Below, piece after piece: positions 17,693 through 25,905 of a DNA stretch of 28,122 nucleotides. Below the pieces are notes generated by a model. It did no database searches, had not been told where the DNA came from, and worked only from the letters and a program-made list of their open reading frames with translations. Positions within the stretch are counted from its first letter, which is position 1; every line of letters begins with the position of its first letter. The stretch is from NCBI GenBank assembly GCA_030622805.1, contig JAUXFR010000001.1, forward strand, positions 1-28,122, read 5' to 3'. This stretch comes from Anaerolineae bacterium (lineage in GTDB: Bacteria > Chloroflexota > Anaerolineae > Anaerolineales > UBA4823). A program made the translations under genes and the position numbers.

Positions 17693-19156
17693 ATGGTAGA
17701 AAAGGGCATCACCCTGCTTGGTCTGGGTCCCGGTGATCCAAAGCTGCTCACCCGCGAAGCCTGGCAGGTGCTCAGCGATAGTTCTGAAGTCTGGCTGCGG
17801 ACGCGGCATCATCCGGTGGTCAAGTCGTTCCCACCGAACTTGAAAGTGTACTCTTTCGATAACCTGTATGATGCGTGTGAAGCGTTTGAGGAAGTCTATC
17901 AAAAGATCGTTGAACGGGTGATGGAGTTGGGGCGACGTTCAGGCGGCGTAGTATATTGTGTGCCAGGACACCCACTGGTGGCTGAAGCTACCGGTCCGGA
18001 GATTATCCGCATCGCACAGCAACAAAAAATCAATGTCAACGTTATCGAAGGTATCAGTTTCTTAGAACCCACGCTGACAGCTTTGAATATCGATTTTCTC
18101 CCCCATACAGCAATCGTGGATGCTTTGGAAATTGCCAGCGCTCATGTGCCGCCATTTCCACCGAATGTTCCAGCCATTATTGCCCAAATTTATTCGCGGC
18201 AAGTAGCCAGCAATGTAAAACTTACGCTAATGGAGCTCTACCCAGATGATCATCGAGTGCAGTTGGTGCATGCAGCCGGTACATCCCGGGTGCAGATCGA
18301 AACATTGGCGCTGTTCGAGATTGACCGAAGCACACAGATTGGTTTACTGACATCTTTGTACGTACCGCCGTTAGGAATCGAGAAAGCTTTTGAAGCTTTT
18401 CAAGAAGTGATCGCGCATCTACGCTCACCAGAGGGCTGCCCCTGGGATCGAGAACAAACCCACCAGACATTGCGATCCGACCTTTTGGAAGAGGCTTACG
18501 AGCTGGTCTCAGCGATCGATGAGGATGCCCCGGATTCTATTTGTGAAGAGCTCGGGGATCTGCTGCTCTTAATTGTCATGCACGCGCAAATCGCTTCAGA
18601 ATACGGCGAGTTCACCATGTCCGACGTGCTATCCGGTATCCATCGCAAAATTGTCCACCGCCACCCGCACGTGTTTGGCGGACAGGATGTCAGCGACCCC
18701 CAGGATGTTTTGCTCAACTGGGAACGTATGAAAGCCAATGAGCGCGCCGCGAATGATAAAGCAGAATCCAGCATGCTGGATGGGGTCTCCCGAGCCCTGC
18801 CTGCCCTGATCCAGGCTAACCAGTATCAGCAGCGTGTCGCACGGGTGGGTTTCGATTGGCACCAGATTGAAGGGGTTTGGGAGAAGTTGTTGGAAGAACT
18901 TGAGGAAGTGCAAGATGCGGAATCAGAGGCTGCGCGATATGATGAAGTGGGGGATTTATTATTTGCTGTCGTTAACCTTGCTCGCTGGCATGAAATCGAT
19001 CCGGAGAGCGCCCTCCGGCAGGCAAACGTGCGCTTCCGGAATCGTTTTTTGGAGATTGAGAAGGCGGCACGCGCTCAGGGTCGGGATATAAACGATCTGA
19101 CTCTGGATGAGATGGAGACCATCTGGCAGGCAGCCAAGGTGCCTGACCAGGATTGA
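17693..19156 (+). CDS. mazG: Tetrapyrrole-methylase-like / MazG nucleoside triphosphate pyrophosphohydrolase fusion (YabN type)
   Basis: N-terminal LGLGPGD..LLT, VPGHPLVAE; two MazG domains (LRSPEGCPWDREQT, EELGDLLL, HRHPHVFG, GFDW, EVGDLLFAVVNLAR). Confidence 0.93.
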   Translation: MVEKGITLLGLGPGDPKLLTREAWQVLSDSSEVWLRTRHHPVVKSFPPNLKVYSFDNLYDACEAFEEVYQKIVERVMELGRRSGGVVYCVPGHPLVAEATGPEIIRIAQQQKINVNVIEGISFLEPTLTALNIDFLPHTAIVDALEIASAHVPPFPPNVPAIIAQIYSRQVASNVKLTLMELYPDDHRVQLVHAAGTSRVQIETLALFEIDRSTQIGLLTSLYVPPLGIEKAFEAFQEVIAHLRSPEGCPWDREQTHQTLRSDLLEEAYELVSAIDEDAPDSICEELGDLLLLIVMHAQIASEYGEFTMSDVLSGIHRKIVHRHPHVFGGQDVSDPQDVLLNWERMKANERAANDKAESSMLDGVSRALPALIQANQYQQRVARVGFDWHQIEGVWEKLLEELEEVQDAESEAARYDEVGDLLFAVVNLARWHEIDPESALRQANVRFRNRFLEIEKAARAQGRDINDLTLDEMETIWQAAKVPDQD

Positions 19157-20077
19157 TCAAACAGCCCTCGACCACCTTGCGTAGAGCGCCATCGATAGGG
19201 CTCGCCCAGCACTGCTCTCCATCAATGCCAATTCACCAGTTCTTATCGAACCGCCCAGGTCTATCAACATTTCCTGAAGCGCATAATTGATATTCAGAGC
19301 GGAAGCGCGCAGTGCGTAAGCAGTCAGGACCACAAAAATGGGTTTATCGCTGAGCAGCTTCCGACAATCTATGAGCAGATCTGTCAGCGATTCGTTCAGC
19401 TCCCACATGTGTCCCTTTGGACCGCGGCCGAATACCGGCGGGTCGAGAATCAACCCATCGTAAATGGAACCACGCCGAATTTCACGGCGTACGAATTTAT
19501 AGGCGTCATCTACCAGCCAGCGTATGGGACGTTCTGCCAATCCGGATAGCCTCTGATTGAACTGAGCCCAGCGTACAGCTTTTTTTGAGGCATCCACATG
19601 TGTGACATGCGCGCCGGCACCCGCTGCCGCCAGGCTGGCCAGTCCGGTGTAGCCGAACAGATTCAATACCCGGATCGGTTGGTCGGGTGCCTGTTTCAAC
19701 ATTGCCAGAGAAATTTGATTGTGGATCCAGTCCCAATGGCTGCTCTGTTCTGGAAAAACACCGAGATGGCGTGAATTCGCGATCTGTGCCTGAAATCTCA
19801 ATGATCGGTATCCCATCTCCCAGGAATTTGGGATGCTGCGATTGAATTGCCATTCGCCACCCACCTCACCGCCCGTCAATCTGAAAACAGCGTCAGCTTG
19901 ATCCCAATCTGATGAGGCGTATGCAGGTCGCCAGATTGCCGTGGGTTCTGGACGCACGAAAGTGAATGCGCTGAAACGTTCAAGTTTCTGCCTGTTTCCG
20001 CTGTCCAGCAGTTCGTAATCCTGCCAATGTGATGAAACTGCTACTGTGATCTCTGGGATTTTGCTTTGATCCGGCAT
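19157..20077 (-). CDS. Class I SAM-dependent methyltransferase, RlmI/RlmK-like
   Basis: DYELLDSG...VLNLFGYTG...VDAS...LILDPPVFGRG motifs. Confidence 0.85.
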   Translation of the reverse strand: MPDQSKIPEITVAVSSHWQDYELLDSGNRQKLERFSAFTFVRPEPTAIWRPAYASSDWDQADAVFRLTGGEVGGEWQFNRSIPNSWEMGYRSLRFQAQIANSRHLGVFPEQSSHWDWIHNQISLAMLKQAPDQPIRVLNLFGYTGLASLAAAGAGAHVTHVDASKKAVRWAQFNQRLSGLAERPIRWLVDDAYKFVRREIRRGSIYDGLILDPPVFGRGPKGHMWELNESLTDLLIDCRKLLSDKPIFVVLTAYALRASALNINYALQEMLIDLGGSIRTGELALMESSAGRALSMALYARWSRAV

Positions 20078-20173
20078 AATTTATCTTAACATGAGAGTGA
20101 ATATTATCCAAGGAATAGATGTCAGATCAGAAAGAGGATGCCTGTTCCTGACCTAATCTTTTATAATATTCGC

Positions 20174-20863
20174 ATGAGTAGTTCAGGCATACGAAGAATT
20201 AGCGCCATTGTCTTGTTGCTGGTGTCCCTGGTGATATTGATCTGGGGTATATGGCCCATTAAAAGGCATGTGCACACCACAACATTGATAATTGACCCAT
20301 CTCAATTACCGAACCAGGAGCAAGAACAGTTCCAGTTAAGCCTGGATACACCGGCTGTAATCCGCCTTGGGGACTCTGACCAGATCATTCTCACACTGGG
20401 CAAGGATGGCGATGCGAACTTTCCATCTGAGGCGTTTTCAACCCCTCATGAGGATGGTGAAACAGTAAACCTGTCTAACGATAACTCACAGAACATTATC
20501 GTGCAGGCGCGGCTCGATCTGCCAGGCATTAGCTTTACACCAAAGGGGGAACTCTCCCAGAGCAAGCGACCTGGGACACCGGTCGTGTTTTCCTGGCGCG
20601 TGCTCCCCGAAAAGACTGGGAATCACAAAGGTACGATATGGGTCCACCTGCAGTATGAACCAGAATCCAGTGACGAGATGATCAGGCAACCATTGACGGC
20701 TCAGGTCCTGGAAATCGAAGCTATAAGTCTTTTTGGGTTGAGTGGAAGCTCGGCGCGCGTGATCGGTTCCGTTGGTGTGATCGCAGGGGTCGTATTTGGC
20801 ATAGTCGGGTCGGGGGTCTGGCTCTGGGATACAATTAGAAGGCGCTTACAATCTGATGGTTAA
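20174..20863 (+). CDS. Hypothetical membrane protein, two hydrophobic segments flanking a soluble domain
   Basis: Long ORF; TM-like AIVLLLVSLVILIWGIW and VIGSVGVIAGVVFGIVGSGVWLW; start ATG 20174 preferred over 20138. Confidence 0.7.
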   Translation: MSSSGIRRISAIVLLLVSLVILIWGIWPIKRHVHTTTLIIDPSQLPNQEQEQFQLSLDTPAVIRLGDSDQIILTLGKDGDANFPSEAFSTPHEDGETVNLSNDNSQNIIVQARLDLPGISFTPKGELSQSKRPGTPVVFSWRVLPEKTGNHKGTIWVHLQYEPESSDEMIRQPLTAQVLEIEAISLFGLSGSSARVIGSVGVIAGVVFGIVGSGVWLWDTIRRRLQSDG

Positions 20864-20942
20864 ATTTCAGCAAATCCGAATATAATATCAGGGTTTGACC
20901 CTGAATAAATGATGAGATATCAATACCGAAACAGGATGAATT

Positions 20943-21578
20943 ATGCTTGAAATCAAACAATTTCAACTCGGACCGGCGCTAACTAACGCTTACCTGGTAG
21001 CAGACTCGAGTACGAAACAGGCTGTGGCAATCGATCCAGCCTGGGATGGGGAAGTGATCGCTGCAGAAGCGGTGAAACAGGGTTGGCAAATTGGCGAAAT
21101 CTGGCTGACGCACGCTCATTTTGATCACCTTGGAGGGGTGGCAGATGTCGTTAAAAATGTTGACCCACCGCCGCCAGTTGCGATGCATGACGATGACATC
21201 CCATTGTGGAGCATGCAGGGCGGCGCGCCCATCTTTGGGATGCGTATAGACCCCGGTCCTGAACCGAGCATAAGTTTGAAACACGGTCAAAAATTGAAGC
21301 TTGGAACATACGAATTCGAGGTACGGCATGCCCCGGGACACACACCCGGTCACGTGGTTTTCTACTGCGCATCGGAGAAGGTGGTCTTCTGCGGCGATGT
21401 GGTCTTCCTGGGCAGCATCGGTCGCACCGACCTGCCCGGCGGCAGCTACGAGACTCTCATCAACAGCATCCGCACCCAGATATTGACGCTTCCGGACGAG
21501 ACCCGGCTGCTGAACGGTCATGGACCCGAGACGACTGTGGGGGCGGAGAGGCGGGGGAATCCTTTTTTGGTAGCTTAG
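20943..21578 (+). CDS. MBL-fold metallo-hydrolase (glyoxalase II/YcbL-like)
   Basis: THAHFDH, PGHTPGH, GDVVF.GSIGRTDLPGG, GHGPETT motifs. Confidence 0.93.
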   Translation: MLEIKQFQLGPALTNAYLVADSSTKQAVAIDPAWDGEVIAAEAVKQGWQIGEIWLTHAHFDHLGGVADVVKNVDPPPPVAMHDDDIPLWSMQGGAPIFGMRIDPGPEPSISLKHGQKLKLGTYEFEVRHAPGHTPGHVVFYCASEKVVFCGDVVFLGSIGRTDLPGGSYETLINSIRTQILTLPDETRLLNGHGPETTVGAERRGNPFLVA

Positions 21579-21581
21579 AGA

Positions 21582-21666
21582 GTTGCATTGCATAATCCAT
21601 ATGCAACATATCTGGATTTCCTCATAATAATGAGCAGGATGCTTTGCATTTAATATATGCAATGCA
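21582..21666. other. Inverted-repeat-rich spacer between convergent genes; possible bidirectional terminator or structured RNA
   Basis: Perfect 11-bp inverted repeat tgcattgcata 21584-21594/tatgcaatgca 21656-21666 enclosing two small hairpins. Confidence 0.45.
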
Positions 21667-21711
21667 CCCGTTTATTGTATAAAAAAGTAAGCAAGACCGT
21701 GCCCCCCTACC

Positions 21712-23250
21712 CTACTTCGCATAATCGATCGCCCTGGTCTCACGGATCACGGTGACTTTAATCTGACCAGGATACTGCATGGTCTCTTCGATCTTTTTGG
21801 CGATACTGCCTGCCATGGTGACCGCTTCCAGGTCGTCGATGTCTCCTGGGCGCACGAAGATGCGGACCTCTCTTCCTGCCTGCAGTGCGTAGCTTTGCGT
21901 GACACCTTTCTCAGAATTGGCGATCTCTTCCAGCGACCGGACACGCTTGAGATACTGGTCCAGGCTCTCACGCCGCGCACCCGGTCTGGCGCCGGAGATG
22001 GCATCTGCAACCTCAACGATCGCTGCTTCTATCGATTCCTGTTCAACTTCATGGTGGTGCGCTGCGATACAGTTGACGATTTTCTTGTTCATCCCGAAGC
22101 GTGTTGCCAGTTCTGCGCCGAGTGCAGCATGTGTACCTTCTACATTGTGGTCGATGGCTTTGCCAAGGTCATGGAGCAGAGCGCCCGCTTTTGCGATTTC
22201 AGTATCTGCTCCAAGCTCAGCGGAGATTGCAGCGGCAAGTTTTGTAGTTTCTACTGCATGAGAGAGCTGGTTTTGACCATATGAAGTGCGGTATTTCAAA
22301 CGTCCGAGCGTCTTGACGATCTCGGGGTGCACACCATGCACACCCGCTTCGAACACCGCCTGTTCCCCGGCCTCAATAATCGCTCGATTAATTTCCTTCT
22401 CTTCCTTTTTCAGTACTTTCTCAATATGTGCAGGATGGATGCGACCATCTTCGATTAACTTCAAGAGCGCACGTCGAGCGATCTCCCGGCGGACGGGATC
22501 GAAGGACGAGATTGTGACGGCTTCCGGAGTATCATCGACGATTACATCAACACCAGCAGATTGTTCAAAAGCATGGATATTGCGACCGTTTCGCCCGATG
22601 ATCCTGCCTTTCATTTCTTCCGATGGGATGGGAACGACAGAGGAAGTGATCTCGGATACTTGGTCTGTGGCCACGCGCTGTATAGCTGTGACAATTATTT
22701 TGCGTGCTCGGTTTTCACCATCTTCTTTGGCTTCACGTTCAACCTGGCGAATAATGCGCACCATATCATTGCGTGCATCCTTTTCCACATCAGCCAGGAG
22801 CATCTCGCGAGCTTCTTCGGTGGTCATTTGAGATATTTTCTGAAGCTCTTCTAACTCCTGTTGGTGTAGTTTGTCGATCTCATTTGCGCGTTTATCCATC
22901 GTACTCTGGCGCCGGTTCAGATTGGATTCGCGTTTCTCGAGTCTATCTATACGATTATCGAGTTCATTACGGCGTTTTTGAAGTCGGTCTTCCTCGCGTA
23001 CGAGTTCTTTTCGCCGGTGCGATATTTCATCATCTGCTTCTTTTATTTTCTCGAGAGCCTTATCCCGCGCTTCGATTTCTACTCTGCGGGCTTTCTCCTG
23101 CGCCTCATTGAGCGCATGCTCGGCTTTATCGATCTGCTTTCTTCTTGCTTTCTCGACCTGGCTCTTTTTCCAGAAGAAGCCTGCACCAAATCCGATCGCA
23201 AGTGCGATAACTACGCCGATAACTAATATTACAATATCATTAATGTTCAT
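21712..23250 (-). CDS. rny: Ribonuclease Y
   Basis: N-terminal TM anchor, coiled coil, KH domain (GRIIGRNGRNI), HD domain (LLHDLGK), QAGREVRI; start ATG 23250 after GAGG SD. Confidence 0.98.
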   Translation of the reverse strand: MNINDIVILVIGVVIALAIGFGAGFFWKKSQVEKARRKQIDKAEHALNEAQEKARRVEIEARDKALEKIKEADDEISHRRKELVREEDRLQKRRNELDNRIDRLEKRESNLNRRQSTMDKRANEIDKLHQQELEELQKISQMTTEEAREMLLADVEKDARNDMVRIIRQVEREAKEDGENRARKIIVTAIQRVATDQVSEITSSVVPIPSEEMKGRIIGRNGRNIHAFEQSAGVDVIVDDTPEAVTISSFDPVRREIARRALLKLIEDGRIHPAHIEKVLKKEEKEINRAIIEAGEQAVFEAGVHGVHPEIVKTLGRLKYRTSYGQNQLSHAVETTKLAAAISAELGADTEIAKAGALLHDLGKAIDHNVEGTHAALGAELATRFGMNKKIVNCIAAHHHEVEQESIEAAIVEVADAISGARPGARRESLDQYLKRVRSLEEIANSEKGVTQSYALQAGREVRIFVRPGDIDDLEAVTMAGSIAKKIEETMQYPGQIKVTVIRETRAIDYAK

Positions 23251-23329
23251 CGTTTGCCTCAATTCCTAAGTTGGATCATGATCAACATCAGTACGGAAAC
23301 CCATGTGAAGTCAGATATAAAATCTGATA

Positions 23330-23977
23330 TCAAATGGCTTCTTCCGATGCTGCATGATCGTGTTCCTCTGCCCACACCTGGGCGACCGCGGGGGCGCAGA
23401 TCTCATACGTAAAGCCGCGCCGGGCAAGGAAACCAAACATTTTCTGGCGAAAATCGTCCCATTCCAAACTGCTCAATTTATGTGCCTTTTTTTTAGCTGC
23501 TGCCAGCGCCAATTGTTCTTCATCGATTTCTACAAGCGCGTTATCGATGATCTCTGGATCGACGCCGCGCTGCCTGAGCTCGTACACCAGTGCACGTTTG
23601 CCACGCGGTCGCATCTCACAGCGGTTTTCGACCCAAATCTTCGCGAACCGAACATCATCAACAAACTCGTCTTGCCGCAAGCGCTCCAGAGCGTCAACGA
23701 TTACACCCTCATCAACCCGATGCTTCTTCAGGTTCGTACGGATTTCTGACTCCGAACGAGGGCGATAATTCAGTAACCTTAGTGCCCTCTGGTATGCGAC
23801 TTCTACTGCGTCGTCGGATTGAAGCTGAGCGATTTTTTCGTCGCTGATCTCCTGTCCCACACGCAGCCAGGCTGAGACGATGCGTGACAGCCCGAATGCG
23901 AATTCACCATCCAGATACACGTTAACGCGCTGGCGATTGCGTTTCTGTAAGGTGAGGGCAGTGATTTTGTGCATCAT
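23330..23977 (-). CDS. recX: Regulatory protein RecX
   Basis: ALRLLNYRPRSESEI...FVDDVRFA...ELRQRGV...FLARRGF; lies between a recA-like gene and rny. Confidence 0.93.
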   Translation of the reverse strand: MMHKITALTLQKRNRQRVNVYLDGEFAFGLSRIVSAWLRVGQEISDEKIAQLQSDDAVEVAYQRALRLLNYRPRSESEIRTNLKKHRVDEGVIVDALERLRQDEFVDDVRFAKIWVENRCEMRPRGKRALVYELRQRGVDPEIIDNALVEIDEEQLALAAAKKKAHKLSSLEWDDFRQKMFGFLARRGFTYEICAPAVAQVWAEEHDHAASEEAI

Positions 23978-23981
23978 CTAT

Positions 23982-24023
23982 AAACCAAAACAGCCATGAT
24001 CCTGTCATGACAGGCCACGGCTG
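23982..24023 (-). terminator. Intrinsic terminator/attenuator hairpin immediately upstream of recX
   Basis: Minus strand cagccgtg-g-cctgt-catg-acagg-at-catggctg followed by ttttggttt. Confidence 0.65.
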
Positions 24024-24344
24024 TGGGCAGTAGTAGTTTTAAAAACCTGGTATTTAACAGCAGGTTGGTATGATCCTTGAACTGTCTTGAAGCAGATGCT
24101 ATAGAGGTCTGCTAATGACAGTTCCCCGCTGTGGTAAGTATTCAGGTGTTACGATAGATCGATTCCAAGCAATCAGAAATCTCGCCTATATCAGATCACC
24201 AAATTTTATACTGTAAGAATCAATCCGTTCAGATTATTCTCACCTGAAACCCGGTTATACGCACTGCGACACCAGGTAATGCTTTGATTAGCCGTGGCCG
24301 CGCCAATGAAAGAATGATAATAATTCGACGCGGCGATTCGATTT

Positions 24345-25241
24345 TTACAAGCGCTGGCGGATGACCTGTTCAACCTCTTCCATTAACGAGTGGTTATGTT
24401 CGAAGAAGTTAATCGCAGAATCTCGCCCTGGTCCTAATAATGTGTTTCGATAGCAATAGTTCGATCCACAATGTTCGATGATTGTTAGACGTATGCCCAG
24501 GTCAAATATTTCGCCAGTTTTTCTTATACCATCATTATACATTATATCAAGTTCTGCGCGATCGAGACAGGGTGCAAATCTATTCTTAACAATCTGGACA
24601 CCTATTCTATGCCCAATAATCTGCTGGTTTTGGCTAATAGTTTCTAATAGTGACAACTGCAATCGTAAAGCAGAGTGGAATTTTAGCGCTACTTTCGCTG
24701 GATTCTCTTTCAATCTATGATAAATAACTTTCGACCTGCCAGTAGTGATGTTTGTGAAGATAATCAGCGTTTCTGTTCTTTGTAAAACTTTTGCCAACCG
24801 GTTGAGTGTCTGGGATATGATGAGATCAATAGACCGGATGGATGTATGTTCTGGAGATCTTTCGAATTCTGCTGGGGCTATCAGGGAACTGACCGGGTCT
24901 ATCACGAGTACACCGATGGCGCCAGAACGCGCCATAGTCTCTGCAATACTGAGCACCTGGTCTGCTCGTTGTTGTTGAGAAATGAACAACCTGTTAATAT
25001 TAACACCGCACCGTTCAGCGAAACGAATATCCAGAGTCTGGTCGACATCTATATAAACACACATGGATCCATTTCTCTGCGCTTCTGCGACAATGTGCTG
25101 GCAGAGCGTGGTTTTCCCGCTGCCCATGGGTCCAAATATTTCACATATACTGCCGCCCGGTATCCCCCCAGTGCGGAGAGCATGGTCCAGCAGTATTGAT
25201 CCACTGGAAAAGATGACCTCGCTGTTTGGTTTTCTATTCAT
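24345..25241 (-). CDS. Highly divergent RecA-family protein lacking the N-terminal domain
   Basis: SSGSILLDHALRTGGIP, GPMGSGKTT (Walker A), VLVIDP (Walker B), ALKFH, VKNRFAP, GEIFDLG; colinear with RecA from about residue 33 onward. Confidence 0.85.
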   Translation of the reverse strand: MNRKPNSEVIFSSGSILLDHALRTGGIPGGSICEIFGPMGSGKTTLCQHIVAEAQRNGSMCVYIDVDQTLDIRFAERCGVNINRLFISQQQRADQVLSIAETMARSGAIGVLVIDPVSSLIAPAEFERSPEHTSIRSIDLIISQTLNRLAKVLQRTETLIIFTNITTGRSKVIYHRLKENPAKVALKFHSALRLQLSLLETISQNQQIIGHRIGVQIVKNRFAPCLDRAELDIMYNDGIRKTGEIFDLGIRLTIIEHCGSNYCYRNTLLGPGRDSAINFFEHNHSLMEEVEQVIRQRL

Positions 25242-25289
25242 GACTCAGGTAGCAGGTAAATTCATGGATTATGATTGGCTGTGGAATTT

Positions 25290-25318
25290 AGTGTACAGGA
25301 TAAAATGAATAATGACAA
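25290..25318 (-). promoter_or_regulatory. Sigma70-type promoter for the recA-like gene
   Basis: Minus strand TTGTCA (25318-25313), 17-nt spacer, TACACT (25295-25290). Confidence 0.55.
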
Positions 25319-25413
25319 GCATGCATAGAGGATTAACCGGATTTCTGCTGATTACCTTCACAATATGGTAGGATATATCCCGTTTATTCCATGACTGGAG
25401 GAATGAGTATCGG

Positions 25414-25905
25414 ATGGTGACACGCATCTGTTTTGTCTGTCTGGGCAACATTGTCCGTAGCCCATTAGCAGAAAATCTGTTCAGATATCACGCTGAGAAG
25501 GCAGGAGCAGCTGATCGTTATGTGGTCGATTCGGCGGGTACCAGTGCCTGGCACCTGGGTGAACGACCGGATGCACGCATGCGTCGCGTTGCGAAGCGGC
25601 GAGGATTGGTTTATGATGGTCGAGCCAGGCAGTTCAAGTCCAGTGACCTGGATGAATTCGATCTCATTGTGGCTATGGATCTGGAGAACGCTGATGACCT
25701 GCATCGAATGGCACGCACAATTGATCAATCGGACAAGATACAACTAATGCTTGCGTTTGACCCCCAGGCGGGCGCAGATCTTTCCGTGCCTGACCCGTAT
25801 TTTGGAGGTATCGACGGGTTTGAGAAGGTCTACGAAATTGTTGAGAGATCTGTTCTTGGGTTATTGGAAGAATTGAAGCACGGTGACCTGGAGAGTAAGC
25901 GATGA
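25414..25905 (+). CDS. Low-molecular-weight protein-tyrosine-phosphatase family protein
   Basis: FVCLGNIVRSPLAE P-loop, DSAGTSAWH, VPDPYFG. Confidence 0.95.
   Translation: MVTRICFVCLGNIVRSPLAENLFRYHAEKAGAADRYVVDSAGTSAWHLGERPDARMRRVAKRRGLVYDGRARQFKSSDLDEFDLIVAMDLENADDLHRMARTIDQSDKIQLMLAFDPQAGADLSVPDPYFGGIDGFEKVYEIVERSVLGLLEELKHGDLESKR

Noticed and set aside
20881-20904. TATAAT followed by tcaggg/ccctga hairpin upstream of the MBL gene
   Set aside because: No credible -35 or extended -10, and the hairpin lacks a U-tract; too weak to call
20979-21662. 227-aa minus-strand ORF
   Set aside because: Antisense to the MBL hydrolase; openness is partly explained by that gene's GC3-rich codons; no motifs
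23978-24344. Possible remnant of a canonical recA in the gap
   Set aside because: Reading the minus strand by eye gave no RecA-like peptide or substantial ORF
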